DNA of 64,000 bases from Candidatus Poribacteria bacterium (GTDB taxonomy: Bacteria > Poribacteria > WGA-4E > PCPOR2b). A model generated the notes under the pieces. It was not told the DNA's origin, ran no database searches, and saw only the letters and a program-made list of their open reading frames with translations. The stretch lies in assembly GCA_965218095.1 (NCBI GenBank), contig OZ244587.1, positions 2,176,001-2,240,000 on the forward strand, given 5' to 3'. How positions within the stretch are numbered: the first letter of the stretch is position 1; each line of letters opens with the position of its first letter. A program made the position numbers and the translations under genes. This document shows, piece by piece, positions 51,284 to 61,121 of this stretch.

Positions 51284-52279
51284 ATGAACCGCAGAGAATT
51301 CATTAAGATCGCCGCAATGAGCGCAGCGGGAACGATGGGGCCACTGCGCTATCTTGATGCGGGAAGTGACTTTGCTAAAACAGTACTGAAGCCCGCTTCG
51401 ATGATTACGCCAAATGACAAGTTCTACGTTCTTCAGATTGGGAGGGCGCCGCTCGTTAAGGCTGAACACTGGCGGTTGGCGATTAGGGGGTTGGTCGAAA
51501 AACCGATCATGTTGAACTACGCAGATATGACGAGTATGGAGTCTGTCACGACGATGCGGACGCTCAAGTGTATTGGTGATCTAATCGGCACAGAGCAGAT
51601 GAGCAATGCAAGGTGGACAGGTGTACTGCTGCGGAATATTCTTGAAAAAGCGGGCGTCAATGATGAAGCAGAGGTCGTCGTGTTCCACTGTGCTGATGGC
51701 TATCATACGGCCGTCCCGATTGATCGCGCGCTCCGTGAGGAGGTGCTCTTAGCGTACAAAATGAACGGTGAGGTCCTTCCCCGCGAGCACGGCTTTCCTG
51801 TCCGTTTGCTCAACCCCGGTCACTATGGCACGAAGAATCCGAAATGGATCATAAACCTCATACTGGCGAAATCGCACGAGGGCTATTGGGAAAAGCGGGG
51901 TTGGGACCCAGTTGCGCGTGTCAAGCTCGCAACCTTGGTCGGCAGACCTGAAGATGATGAAGGAATTCAAGCCGGCACGAAATATACAATCAGTGGCGCT
52001 GCGTTTGACAGCGGAAATCATGGAGGGATTGCGAGCGTTGAAGTGAGCGTTGATGGCGGTGACACATGGGCGGAGGCGGAGATCTGGGCAAGTGATTCGT
52101 CGCTTGCGTGGTACCTCTGGAAATATACATGGCAGGTATCTGAGAATCCGGGGATAGTCGAGATCTATGCGAGAGCAATTGCGAATGATGGGTTGACGCA
52201 ACGAGAGATCGGCTTCAATGCCGGGCATGCGGGTGCCGTCGGCTATCACACAATCCGTGCAGAAATCGTGAAGAGATAG
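51284..52279 (+). CDS. Tat-exported molybdopterin oxidoreductase (sulfite oxidase family)
   Basis: MNRREFIK; LKCIG Mo-ligand Cys; SNARWTGV; HGFPVRLL.PG.YG.K.PKWI; VEVSVDGGDTW. Confidence 0.9.
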   Translation: MNRREFIKIAAMSAAGTMGPLRYLDAGSDFAKTVLKPASMITPNDKFYVLQIGRAPLVKAEHWRLAIRGLVEKPIMLNYADMTSMESVTTMRTLKCIGDLIGTEQMSNARWTGVLLRNILEKAGVNDEAEVVVFHCADGYHTAVPIDRALREEVLLAYKMNGEVLPREHGFPVRLLNPGHYGTKNPKWIINLILAKSHEGYWEKRGWDPVARVKLATLVGRPEDDEGIQAGTKYTISGAAFDSGNHGGIASVEVSVDGGDTWAEAEIWASDSSLAWYLWKYTWQVSENPGIVEIYARAIANDGLTQREIGFNAGHAGAVGYHTIRAEIVKR

Positions 52280-52494
52280 CCACAGATTTTTCTGATGATC
52301 CCTAAGCTCGTGTATGAAAAGTCCTACGAAACCTTCCGAAGGTTAGCAAAGAACTACTTTTCACACACCCTCTAAATTTTGCCATTGATTTTGTACCTGA
52401 ATTATGGTAAAGTACCAGTGTAAATCTGTTTTAAGATTTCGTAAAAGTGAGAGATGGCCAAACTCTCAAACAAAGACCAAAAGGGAGAAAGCAA

Positions 52495-52842
52495 ATGGCA
52501 AAGAGAATTGTTCTGCTCGGTTTTTGTATAGCGATAGGCTGCATCGTTTCTGCATCAATGTGGTCAATACCAGCCAATGCGCAAGGGGCTAGTGGCGATG
52601 CCCCAACAACCGGCTCAACACTCATCGACTTCAAGCATCTCGCGCTTCTCATCATTGAAAGCATTGTTTTCAGCATCGTCGGGATGATTGTCCTGGTGGT
52701 CGGATATAAGATTTTTGATGCCGTAACACCTTACGATCTGAATCATCAGATTGCCGAAGATAATAATGCAGCCGCGGGGGTTGCCGTTGCGGGCATGTTA
52801 ATCGCTCTGGGGTTAATTGTGGCTTCAGCGATTTCGGGCTAA
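52495..52842 (+). CDS. DUF350 family membrane protein
   Basis: FDAVTPYDLNHQIAEDNNAAAGV motif with flanking TM helices. Confidence 0.85.
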   Translation: MAKRIVLLGFCIAIGCIVSASMWSIPANAQGASGDAPTTGSTLIDFKHLALLIIESIVFSIVGMIVLVVGYKIFDAVTPYDLNHQIAEDNNAAAGVAVAGMLIALGLIVASAISG

Positions 52843-53053
52843 TTGCTGTATGAGGTTATCAGCTATATCGAGAAAAAGGCAATTCATGTTTGACGTGGAT
52901 TGCCTTTTTTATGCGAAATCGCCGATGGAAAATTGTTTCTATCCGTTCCAACAACAACTGTCGCGCCTATTGATGCCAAAGACAACATCATTCGGTTGGA
53001 TAAGAGAAAAATTATTGTCCGGTTGAAACCTGCCAATTCGATTCAATAATAGA

Positions 53054-54313
53054 ATGGAAAAGACTCATAAATTCTTACTCATCTCAATTGATTGCTGGCG
53101 TTACAACGCCCTGAGTCGAACAAATCCATTATTCAACACTCCGAAATTTGATTTGTCGACCCAAGACTTCTCGTTGGCGGAACGATTCTTCGTCACCGCG
53201 CCCGCAACCCGTCCGTCTCACACCTCGCTTTTCACCGGGCTGTACCCATTTGAGCACGGGCTTTACGGGCAGACCTACCTCAAGATGTTCGCCGGCATCC
53301 CAAATCTGTTCCAGCTTTTCGCCGATGCGGGCTATGATGTGATGGGCAAATCTGAGCGTTCCGACGTCTTCCGCTTTCTTGACTTTGAGTCGTTCATCAT
53401 GTCAATAGATTTGCGGGCAAAAGATCAACACATCGGATCGCTGGAAAGCCTGATTGCGTGGATTGACCAACCTTCAGCGCCGCATCAGTTTGGCTTCATC
53501 CACTTCTGGCACACACATGGCGGCTACGGTCTGGGCGGCATCCAAAACGCGCCGAATTTGAGAGAATGGGTACATCAAGGCAGGACCGAAGAAGCGTTGC
53601 GATTTTATTACGCCGCCGTTACGCACGTTTTGGAGTTTGCTATCGTCGAAATCCTCAAGCGCGTTTCGCTTGAGGATTGGGCGGTCTTTATCTTCGGAGA
53701 TCACGGAGAGGGTTTCTGCGAGGAAATCATGGCGCACGGAGACACACTCCACCAGAATGTCCTCCATGTACCACTCCTCGCGCATATTCCCGGCAGGGAT
53801 GCGATCCGGTTTCCTGAAGGCCCAACCTCAATAATCGATCTCTTCCCGACCATTACGAGGCTCGCTGGAATCAACGTTGATTATCAGGGATATGGACGGG
53901 ATCTGCTCGGTTCGTCGGATGGGTTTGAAGAGCGGTGGGTTTTGTCGGAATTGGATAGTCTGTACGGGATTGGTTTCCTGACACCTAGCAACCTGCAAAC
54001 TGACCCCAGCCGTGTGACTTCCAGAGTTTCGATGGATGGGGTGGAGCTCGACAGGTATCCGGAAGGTGTGAGGTTATGGGCGATTACCGATGGTTGGCGC
54101 CTCTACCGGGAAAATGAAGAAACTGGTGACTTTGTTCAACGTGATGTGATGAGCGGCGCAGATCTCCCGTGTGACCATCCGGATAAATTCAGATCAATAT
54201 ACAATCAAATACGAGCGAACTCCCGCTATCAAAATCCTGAAATGCAGGAGACGACTGCTGAAGAAGGGGCGCTTTTGGAAGAGCGGTTGCGCGACCTCGG
54301 ATATATTGAGTAG
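53054..54313 (+). CDS. Sulfatase-like hydrolase/transferase (alkaline phosphatase superfamily)
   Basis: LISIDCWR, TRPSHTSLFTGLYPFEHG, GDHGE, HVPLL, LRDLGYIE. Confidence 0.85.
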   Translation: MEKTHKFLLISIDCWRYNALSRTNPLFNTPKFDLSTQDFSLAERFFVTAPATRPSHTSLFTGLYPFEHGLYGQTYLKMFAGIPNLFQLFADAGYDVMGKSERSDVFRFLDFESFIMSIDLRAKDQHIGSLESLIAWIDQPSAPHQFGFIHFWHTHGGYGLGGIQNAPNLREWVHQGRTEEALRFYYAAVTHVLEFAIVEILKRVSLEDWAVFIFGDHGEGFCEEIMAHGDTLHQNVLHVPLLAHIPGRDAIRFPEGPTSIIDLFPTITRLAGINVDYQGYGRDLLGSSDGFEERWVLSELDSLYGIGFLTPSNLQTDPSRVTSRVSMDGVELDRYPEGVRLWAITDGWRLYRENEETGDFVQRDVMSGADLPCDHPDKFRSIYNQIRANSRYQNPEMQETTAEEGALLEERLRDLGYIE

Positions 54314-54547
54314 TCTGAGCCCATAATGACGTGGGGGACAATATTCAATAGTCAATCTTATTGACTCACAAATTGGCTATCAATACGAATGAGATTTGGG
54401 AAGAATTTCGGGATGCGCTCAAACGATGGACTTTCGAGAAAGCCAATGCGATTCCTGCGGTGGGCGCTGTGGATGTGTTGAGGAGGTGTCGTGCTGCGAG
54501 TGGGAACATCTAATTTGCAGCGGTGTAAACTATCATGCGCCCATTAT

Positions 54548-54585
54548 AAGCACCGGTAGTCGTTTGACTGCCGGTGCTTTTTTTT
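54548..54585 (+). terminator. Intrinsic terminator
   Basis: AAGCACCGGTAGTC-GTTT-GACTGCCGGTGC followed by T8. Confidence 0.85.
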
Positions 54586-54766
54586 GCAACAGAGTGGACA
54601 TCAAAGTATTCCGCGATCATGTTTTCCGGATTGACTTCCTATTGCATGTGTGATAGGATAGGCTGCCGTATCGGGTGTCTGCACGTTGGCATTCAGCGTG
54701 CAGATTGCGGGTATTCCGTGTAACTGGCTGCGATGGCGGTCATCAAAATGAAAGGATATCAGAACC

Positions 54767-55561
54767 ATGATCAAAATTGGTTGTAACTACCTGAGTTTAC
54801 GCGATACAGACGTTGAGACGTTCATCCGGACGGCTTACGATTTAAGGCTCGATATTGTTGACTTTCACCGACGGGCCTTCACCTCGACGGAGCCAGACTA
54901 TCTCGGCAATATCAAGCTGCTGTGCCTCAAATATGGACTGCCCATCGGCTACATCGGTGTGAGTGGCTTGTTCGTGGGGCCGGAGCAGGAACGGCGGGAG
55001 CACGCTGAACAGTGCAAAGAAGCCATTGACGTGGCTGCATTCCTCGGATCGCCGATAATTCGCGTGTTCTGTGCGTCAGTACCGGAGAAGAACGCGGATG
55101 ACGAATCTCCGTGGCCCGCAATGGTTCAAGGGTACCAGGAGGTCGCTGATTACGCTGCCTCCAAGGGTATCGCCGTTGGGTTGCAGAATCACCCGTCCAC
55201 TGGCGATGAAATGCTGCGAATCTGGCGCGAAACTGATCGGGAGAACTTCACTTTTATCATGGACACGGGCCAGTGGGTTGGGTCGCCTGGATCGTATCCA
55301 CGCGGGGAATTGGCTCCGGACATCGACTTTTACCGCTTCATGGAGCAGACCGCACCGCATGCCATGTATGTCCGCACCAAATTCTACAAAATCGAGAGCG
55401 GCAAGGAGGAGTGGCTGGATTATGAGCGGATTGTGAACATCTTGAAAAAGGTCAACTACAATGGCTGTATATCCATTGTTTACGAAGGCGAAGCAGAAGA
55501 CCGCGTTGAGCAGGTGCGGAAAGCTGCTAACTACCTGCGTGAACTACTGTCAGGTTATTGA
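54767..55561 (+). CDS. Sugar phosphate isomerase/epimerase (xylose isomerase-like TIM barrel)
   Basis: IDVAAFLGSPIIRVF, LQNH, MDTGQW, YNGCISIVYEG. Confidence 0.85.
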   Translation: MIKIGCNYLSLRDTDVETFIRTAYDLRLDIVDFHRRAFTSTEPDYLGNIKLLCLKYGLPIGYIGVSGLFVGPEQERREHAEQCKEAIDVAAFLGSPIIRVFCASVPEKNADDESPWPAMVQGYQEVADYAASKGIAVGLQNHPSTGDEMLRIWRETDRENFTFIMDTGQWVGSPGSYPRGELAPDIDFYRFMEQTAPHAMYVRTKFYKIESGKEEWLDYERIVNILKKVNYNGCISIVYEGEAEDRVEQVRKAANYLRELLSGY

Positions 55562-55654
55562 TTTGACCTGTATGAAGTGAGAAAGCGAAAAGAATCTATC
55601 TGCGCATGCCCTGATGGATCGGGATCTCGCTTCACTAGAGACCTGAATTTGTCC

Positions 55655-55984
55655 ATGAAGGCGTACGACGCGCCCCTTTTCCATTGGACGATCATTATCG
55701 CCAGCCTCGCATTTTTTGCCCTTGCGCTTCTGGGAATCGCCGCTTTTATGTTGTCCGTCATTGAGGCATCAAGGCTACCCGTAGGAGAGGGATATTTTAT
55801 CGCGTTCATCTGTCAGATCCTGATTTTCCTGTCTCTGTTCCTCTTTCTGTATCGCGGTTTCCAGAGATTTCACACGATACTTCTCTACACATCAGGTTGG
55901 TTGGTTTTCGGATGGCTTTCAATCCTCACGCGATTTCCCAGCGGCTCTGTGATTCTACTGACGGCGCTATACGCGGCGCTGTAG
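55655..55984 (+). CDS. Hypothetical membrane protein
   Basis: Three to four hydrophobic segments; adjacent to an IS insertion and possibly truncated. Confidence 0.45.
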   Translation: MKAYDAPLFHWTIIIASLAFFALALLGIAAFMLSVIEASRLPVGEGYFIAFICQILIFLSLFLFLYRGFQRFHTILLYTSGWLVFGWLSILTRFPSGSVILLTALYAAL

Positions 55985-55997
55985 TACACGCTTATTA

Positions 55998-56956
55998 ACC
56001 AATGGTGCTAGTTTGGAATTTGGAAGTCAATGAACATAACAGAACACCCTGGCTTTGCTTTGGTTCTTGTTGGATTAGGGTCATGAGACGGTTTCCTCGA
56101 TTCTACCGTTAATCTAAGTGTTAGACAATTCTTGATTAACGGTAGGAAATCCAGACTCATGACCATTATAGATTTTATCACACAATTGTTCTGTTGTGTA
56201 GATGATAAACTCACACAACACCAGAAAAACCAAGAGCATACCCAAGCCAATTTCTATCCTTCTGAAGGGGTTACCATCGCCTTACTCTTTGCACTCAAAG
56301 GCGTCGGCAACCGAGCCTTCTATCGATGGATGGAAAACAATTACAAACCCTTGTTCCCCAATTTACCCGAGCGAACCCGCTTGTTCAACACCCATTAACA
56401 TCTCACTGATGTTTTCGATGTTTTCATGGCGAATCCTTCACTCATCGGTGTGATTGACACTTATGGTGTCGAACTGATTCACCCCCGCCGAGAAGGTCGC
56501 TCTGAGCAGCAAATCGGTCCAACCAACGCTGGATTGTGGGGGGAAAGTTTTGTCTGCTGCTCAATCATCTTGGACTGATTATTGACTGGGATTGTGATAC
56601 TGCCAATGTCTACGATGGAAGTCGTTTCCAACATCTCGTTGATGGAGTCTGCGATAGATGGTTGTTTTTGCCGATGAAGGGTTTGCCAAAGCCGATGGGT
56701 TCGCTCCTAACTTACGTCTGTGCCGACGGGGGGAATGGAATTGTCGGATGCTGATAGAGACCGTTTTATCGATGTTGACGTTAGTGTGCCATTTTAAGAA
56801 AGTGATGCCTCGCTGTTGGGCTTATTTCAAAACGCGACTCGGTTTCACGATGGCGTTGTTTAATCTCTTGGTGCAGTGGGATGGTTTGCCGGTTGATGAA
56901 GACGGGTTTGTGCCTTTATCGATTGCTCAATTTAGTCTCTAACTAGCACCAAAGGT
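55998..56956 (+). mobile_element. IS982-family element with a fragmented transposase
   Basis: TIRs ACCAATGGTGCTAGTT / AACTAGCACCAAAGGT with TATTA on both flanks; transposase pieces 56132..56398, 56536..56754 and 56658..56942 (LFPNLPERTRL, ADEGF, RMLIETVLSML). Confidence 0.8.
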
Positions 56957-56961
56957 TATTA

Positions 56962-57083
56962 ACCTTTGGTGCTAGTTGGTAAGGATGTAGTCTCCACAAG
57001 GGTTGTAGAATTTACATATTCGACCTCGCAAAGAATAATCGTTGCTATGACTGGATCTCTGGCTCCAAACTAGCACCATTAGT
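56962..57083. mobile_element. 122-nt MITE with the same TIRs as the adjacent IS982-like element
   Basis: ACCTTTGGTGCTAGTT ... CCAAACTAGCACCATTAGT. Confidence 0.75.
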
Positions 57084-57252
57084 TGAATATTAGGAGGATG
57101 CAAAATGTTAAGTCAACTGTTTCACCGAAGGTGGATATTTGGGAGAATCGTCATAGCAATAATACTGCTGGATCTCATCTATGTTTTGGTAGCGTTACTG
57201 CCGCCGGTGCGCCCGAAGCATACGACCCTGAGCTGGATCCGTAATGTAATGC

Positions 57253-58671
57253 TTATGAAATTATGTCCAGGGGCGGTCGTTTCTCCGTCCAAGAGGCAAG
57301 AGCCTCAAAGGCAGCGGAGGCACGGAGGACAGTTATATCATCGCGCCAGCGCCCAATAATCTGGAGTCCAACGGGCAGACCATTGTTTGCCAAGCCGCAC
57401 GGAACTGTAGCTGCCGGCTGTCCAGTGATGTTAAATGGATAGGTAAATGCGGTCCACCCCAAATAGGTGGTGGGCTGCCCTTCGATTTGTCCCGGGTGAT
57501 CGTCGCCAGCCGGAAACGCCGTCACGGGAAGCGTGGGCGTCAGCAGCAGGTCGTAGTTTTCCATGAATGCACGCCATCTATGATAATAATCGTTCCGTCG
57601 GGCGTACGCCGCAGCCAATTCTGCTGCAGAAAACTTAAGCCCCTGTTCAATCACTGCTGCAAGGCCAGGGTCAAGCAACTCCCGGACCTTGTCTAGGTCA
57701 TGTCGATAGATACTGGCAAATGCGGACGACCAGATTATATTGATAATATCCTCCCACGGATCTGGTATCCCGGGATGCGCTTCCTCAAGGTGACAACCCA
57801 GTTCACCGAAGCGTGCGGCGGCCGTGGCAGCGAGCTCACGCACCTCCGCCTCGATTGGCGCATAGCCCAAATCACCTGACCAGGCGACACGCAGACCGGC
57901 AATACTTCCTTCCATCCCTTCGAGGAAATCAATTTGAGTGGGGAGCGAAAGACGGTCACGCGGATCAGTCCCGGCCATGACGGTGAGCATGAGCGCCGCA
58001 TCTCGCACAGTTCGTGTGATTGGACCGACGTGCGAAAACAACTCGACAGCGCTGGCTGGATACTGTGGGACGAGTCCCCACGATGGCTTCAAGCCGTAGA
58101 GTCCACAAAAGGCCGCTGGAATGCGGATGGAACCTGCGCCGTCCGTCCCCTGGGCAAGCGCCCCCATCCCCGCGGCAACGGCAGCCGCCGGACCGCCACT
58201 TGACCCACCGGCGGTGCGACCATGCTGCCACGGATTATGTGTCGGACCCACGATGCGGTTTCCCGAGTCACCTTTCCAGCCCAATTCAGGCGTATTTGTC
58301 TTACCAAGCATCACCATGCCGGCTGCGTAGAGACGCTCAACAATGGGGGCGTCAAAGTCTGGCGCCCAATTTTTGTACAGGAGCGAGCCTCGAGTTGTGC
58401 GAATGCCCTTTGTTACGGTAAGATCCTTCAGCGAACCGGGTATGCCCGCTAGTGGCGGTATAGTTTCACGTTTTGTATACGCTTCTTCGGCGGCGCGTGC
58501 TTGCTTTTTGGCGAGTTCTGGAGTGACTGTGATGAAGGCGTTAATGCTCGGGTTGAGTTGGTCAATGCGGCTCAATACTGCCTCAGTTACCTCAACAGGC
58601 GACACTTCGCGTTTCTGATACAGCGTCCGTAACTGAAGGGCTGACAAGTCGTATAGATTCGTTGCATCCAT
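57253..58671 (-). CDS. Amidase signature family enzyme (GatA/AtzE-like)
   Basis: SLKDL, GKTNTPE, GGSSGG, GTDGAGSIRIPA, GLPVGLQI. Confidence 0.92.
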   Translation of the reverse strand: MDATNLYDLSALQLRTLYQKREVSPVEVTEAVLSRIDQLNPSINAFITVTPELAKKQARAAEEAYTKRETIPPLAGIPGSLKDLTVTKGIRTTRGSLLYKNWAPDFDAPIVERLYAAGMVMLGKTNTPELGWKGDSGNRIVGPTHNPWQHGRTAGGSSGGPAAAVAAGMGALAQGTDGAGSIRIPAAFCGLYGLKPSWGLVPQYPASAVELFSHVGPITRTVRDAALMLTVMAGTDPRDRLSLPTQIDFLEGMEGSIAGLRVAWSGDLGYAPIEAEVRELAATAAARFGELGCHLEEAHPGIPDPWEDIINIIWSSAFASIYRHDLDKVRELLDPGLAAVIEQGLKFSAAELAAAYARRNDYYHRWRAFMENYDLLLTPTLPVTAFPAGDDHPGQIEGQPTTYLGWTAFTYPFNITGQPAATVPCGLANNGLPVGLQIIGRWRDDITVLRASAAFEALASWTEKRPPLDIIS

Positions 58672-58743
58672 ATCCTGACTCTCCTGTATTAACTTACTTT
58701 AACGTGAGTTCGACGTAAGAATTCTGCGTAAGTCCGAACATTG

Positions 58744-59058
58744 ATGGCATGAGGGACAGAAAACATACAGCAAAGTCCACAGGAACTCCTTTTCAAACTA
58801 CTGCCTCAACTTCAATCGATCGCTCAAAGATTAACGAGCGATCGGCAGTTACAGGAGGATCTCCTACAAGAAATGTCTTTACACCTGTGTCAGTTGATCA
58901 GGGAAAGGAACGCACCTGCTGATGATGTCGTCGCAGATGAGGGTGATAACCCACAGCGTACCCGTTGTCCTGTGTGTCAAGAGAGACTAACTGCCATTAC
59001 CGAAGACATTACAATATGCTTGAAATGCGGTACGGTCACAGACGAAACCGGAACATGA
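58744..59058 (+). pseudogene. Remnant resembling ECF sigma region 2 followed by a CxxC..CxxC zinc ribbon
   Basis: The frame upstream of ORF 58873 reads LQSIAQRLTSDRQLQEDLLQEMSLHL; TGA at codon 3; CPVC...CLKCG. Confidence 0.35.
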
Positions 59059-59611
59059 TTTCTGTTCGCGCCTCAAATTGATGACGCAAACTTATGACTG
59101 CCAGTGGGTTGAACCTTTTCTTTTTCAAACTCCTCATTTGGCTCAACCGGAGTCAACGCAATACCGGAAACTCATCCAGGCGCAACCCAAATGAAGCCTC
59201 CAGCATACTAATTATTCGTAATCACCGGGGCTTGTCTGCCCAAATAACCTGCCAACTCTCTTGCCCGTTTTTCATCTTCAAAACCTCAGTTTGAGATTTG
59301 TATCGTTCAAAATCACCCCATCTGCCGGCCTGCTGTGACCCCTGTATGAAATTCGGGATTTCGCTACGCTCAACTTGCGCCGTTGCGGATCACAAGTCGG
59401 GGGACCCCATGGATCGGGATGCAAGCACATGGGTTACTGGGCTTTCGTCTGAAATGTACGACGCACACAAAGTCAAATCCCTTCCATTATATTCATTAGC
59501 AAATTAGTGTCAACAAAAAAAGCGCCGACTAGAAATTCTCCACGCCTCAAATCTGACGCCTTGACACCGCCCCGGATATGTGATAGCATAGCCAGGGGGA
59601 GCCGGAGATTT

Positions 59612-59730
59612 GTGATTATGAATAAACTTCTGTCATTCTGAGCAAGCGAAGAATCTCATCGGTGTTGAACAACGGAGATCCTTCACTGCGTTCAAGATGA
59701 CAAAAGTGTAAAGGATAATTTCATAATCAC
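59612..59730. repeat. Nested palindromic element (TGTCATTCTGAGC..GAAGAATCTC / GAGATCCTTC..AAGATGACA)
   Basis: Inner and outer (GTGATTATGAA / TTCATAATCAC) inverted repeats, downstream of a TTGACA-17-TAGCAT promoter at 59561. Confidence 0.7.
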
Positions 59731-59803
59731 TTTTGTGAAGACTTGTGACAAGATCTTATCCATTACGCAAGCCTAACCATCCACAAACCCGCAAAAGGAA
59801 GTT

Positions 59804-61051
59804 ATGAAGAAAATACACAACTATATCGAACAAGGCAGCACTTCTCTTTGTGAGTCGTTAAAAGAATTAGTGAGTATTCCGACCGTGAACCCGCCCGGCA
59901 CAAACTATGCGGAGATAGTAGGGCTGCTTCAGGAACGATGTGAAACGCTTGGGATGCAGACGCAAATCGCGCAAGTTCCCCAAGCTGAAGCGCAAGCGAT
60001 TGTGCCGCACGCCGATGTCTACCCACGCCTGAACCTGATTGCCCGGTGGGACGCTGGGGCGGAGAAGACCGTCCACTTCAACGCCCATTACGATGTCGTG
60101 CCTGTCTCTGGCGCCTGGAGAGCGGACCCATTTCAGCCCCAGGTTGTGGGGGATTGGCTTTACGGCAGAGGGTCGGACGATATGAAGGACTCAATGGCTG
60201 CATTGCTGTTTGCAATTACCGCGCTTCAGGAAAACGGTGTCCATCCGGCTTTCAATATCGAGTGCTCGTTCACCTGCGACGAGGAGATCGGTGGTGAGTT
60301 GGGGGCGGGGTACATCGTGCGCAAAGGGTTGGTTCAAGCCGATTATGTCGTTAATTGCGAAGGCGGGTCTGTTTTGAATGTGGGTCTGGGACACAACGGC
60401 GTGCTCTGGCTTGATGTGACGGTACATGGCAAAGCCGCGCACGCCTCTCGACCGCAAAAGGGGTTGAACGCTTTTGAAAAGATGGCCGCTTTCGTCACCG
60501 GACTACAACCCTTGAAACAGCAGTTGAATGCGCCGGAGCGTATTTTCAAAACTTTTTCGGGCGATGAACGGCGCCCTACGATTAACCTTGGCGGAGTCTT
60601 TCATGGCACGGATGGGGATAAGGTCAACACCGTCCCTGCGCAGGCGACCTTCTCCATAGACCGACGTGTTCTCCCCAACGAACGCTTGGCAGCAGCCGAG
60701 GGAGAGCTTCGCACAGCAATTCGGGAGGTCTGCCAATCCGATCCGGAGCTGAAGGTGGATGTAAATGCCACGTTGGGTATTGAGCCGTGCGTCGTTGAGC
60801 CAGAGCATCCATTCCCACAGGCGTTTGCACGGACAGTACGCAGCATACGCCGTCATCCAATTCAGTTCAGCACGACAACCGGCTTTACAGATCTACATTT
60901 CTTCGTCGAAGACGGTGGAATGCCCGGCGTTGGCTATGGCGCACACGGACAGGGAGCTCATGGCGTGGACGAACGGGTCAGTATATCCGATTTGGTTAAG
61001 ACGGCAAAAGTGTATGCAACATTTATGATGAGAGGCCTTTATGACGCATAA
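59804..61051 (+). CDS. M20 family ArgE/DapE-like deacylase
   Basis: SIPTVNPPG, FNAHYDVVP, YGRGSDDMK, DEEIGG, AHGVDE. Confidence 0.92.
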   Translation: MKKIHNYIEQGSTSLCESLKELVSIPTVNPPGTNYAEIVGLLQERCETLGMQTQIAQVPQAEAQAIVPHADVYPRLNLIARWDAGAEKTVHFNAHYDVVPVSGAWRADPFQPQVVGDWLYGRGSDDMKDSMAALLFAITALQENGVHPAFNIECSFTCDEEIGGELGAGYIVRKGLVQADYVVNCEGGSVLNVGLGHNGVLWLDVTVHGKAAHASRPQKGLNAFEKMAAFVTGLQPLKQQLNAPERIFKTFSGDERRPTINLGGVFHGTDGDKVNTVPAQATFSIDRRVLPNERLAAAEGELRTAIREVCQSDPELKVDVNATLGIEPCVVEPEHPFPQAFARTVRSIRRHPIQFSTTTGFTDLHFFVEDGGMPGVGYGAHGQGAHGVDERVSISDLVKTAKVYATFMMRGLYDA

Positions 61052-61121
61052 ACGCCTAGACAAATCAGCGAAGAGTCTGTCATCCTTCATAATTTAGCGT
61101 GGTCAAGCGTTATTTCAGCAA

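Noticed and set aside
54396-54653. Cys-rich 85-aa ORF as a metallothionein or RiPP precursor
   Set aside because: TTG start without an RBS, runs through a strong terminator, and no modifying enzymes adjacent
59070-59500. Possible gene in the amidase-M20 spacer
   Set aside because: All frames checked are interrupted and I recognise no family; likely decayed sequence with a hairpin insert
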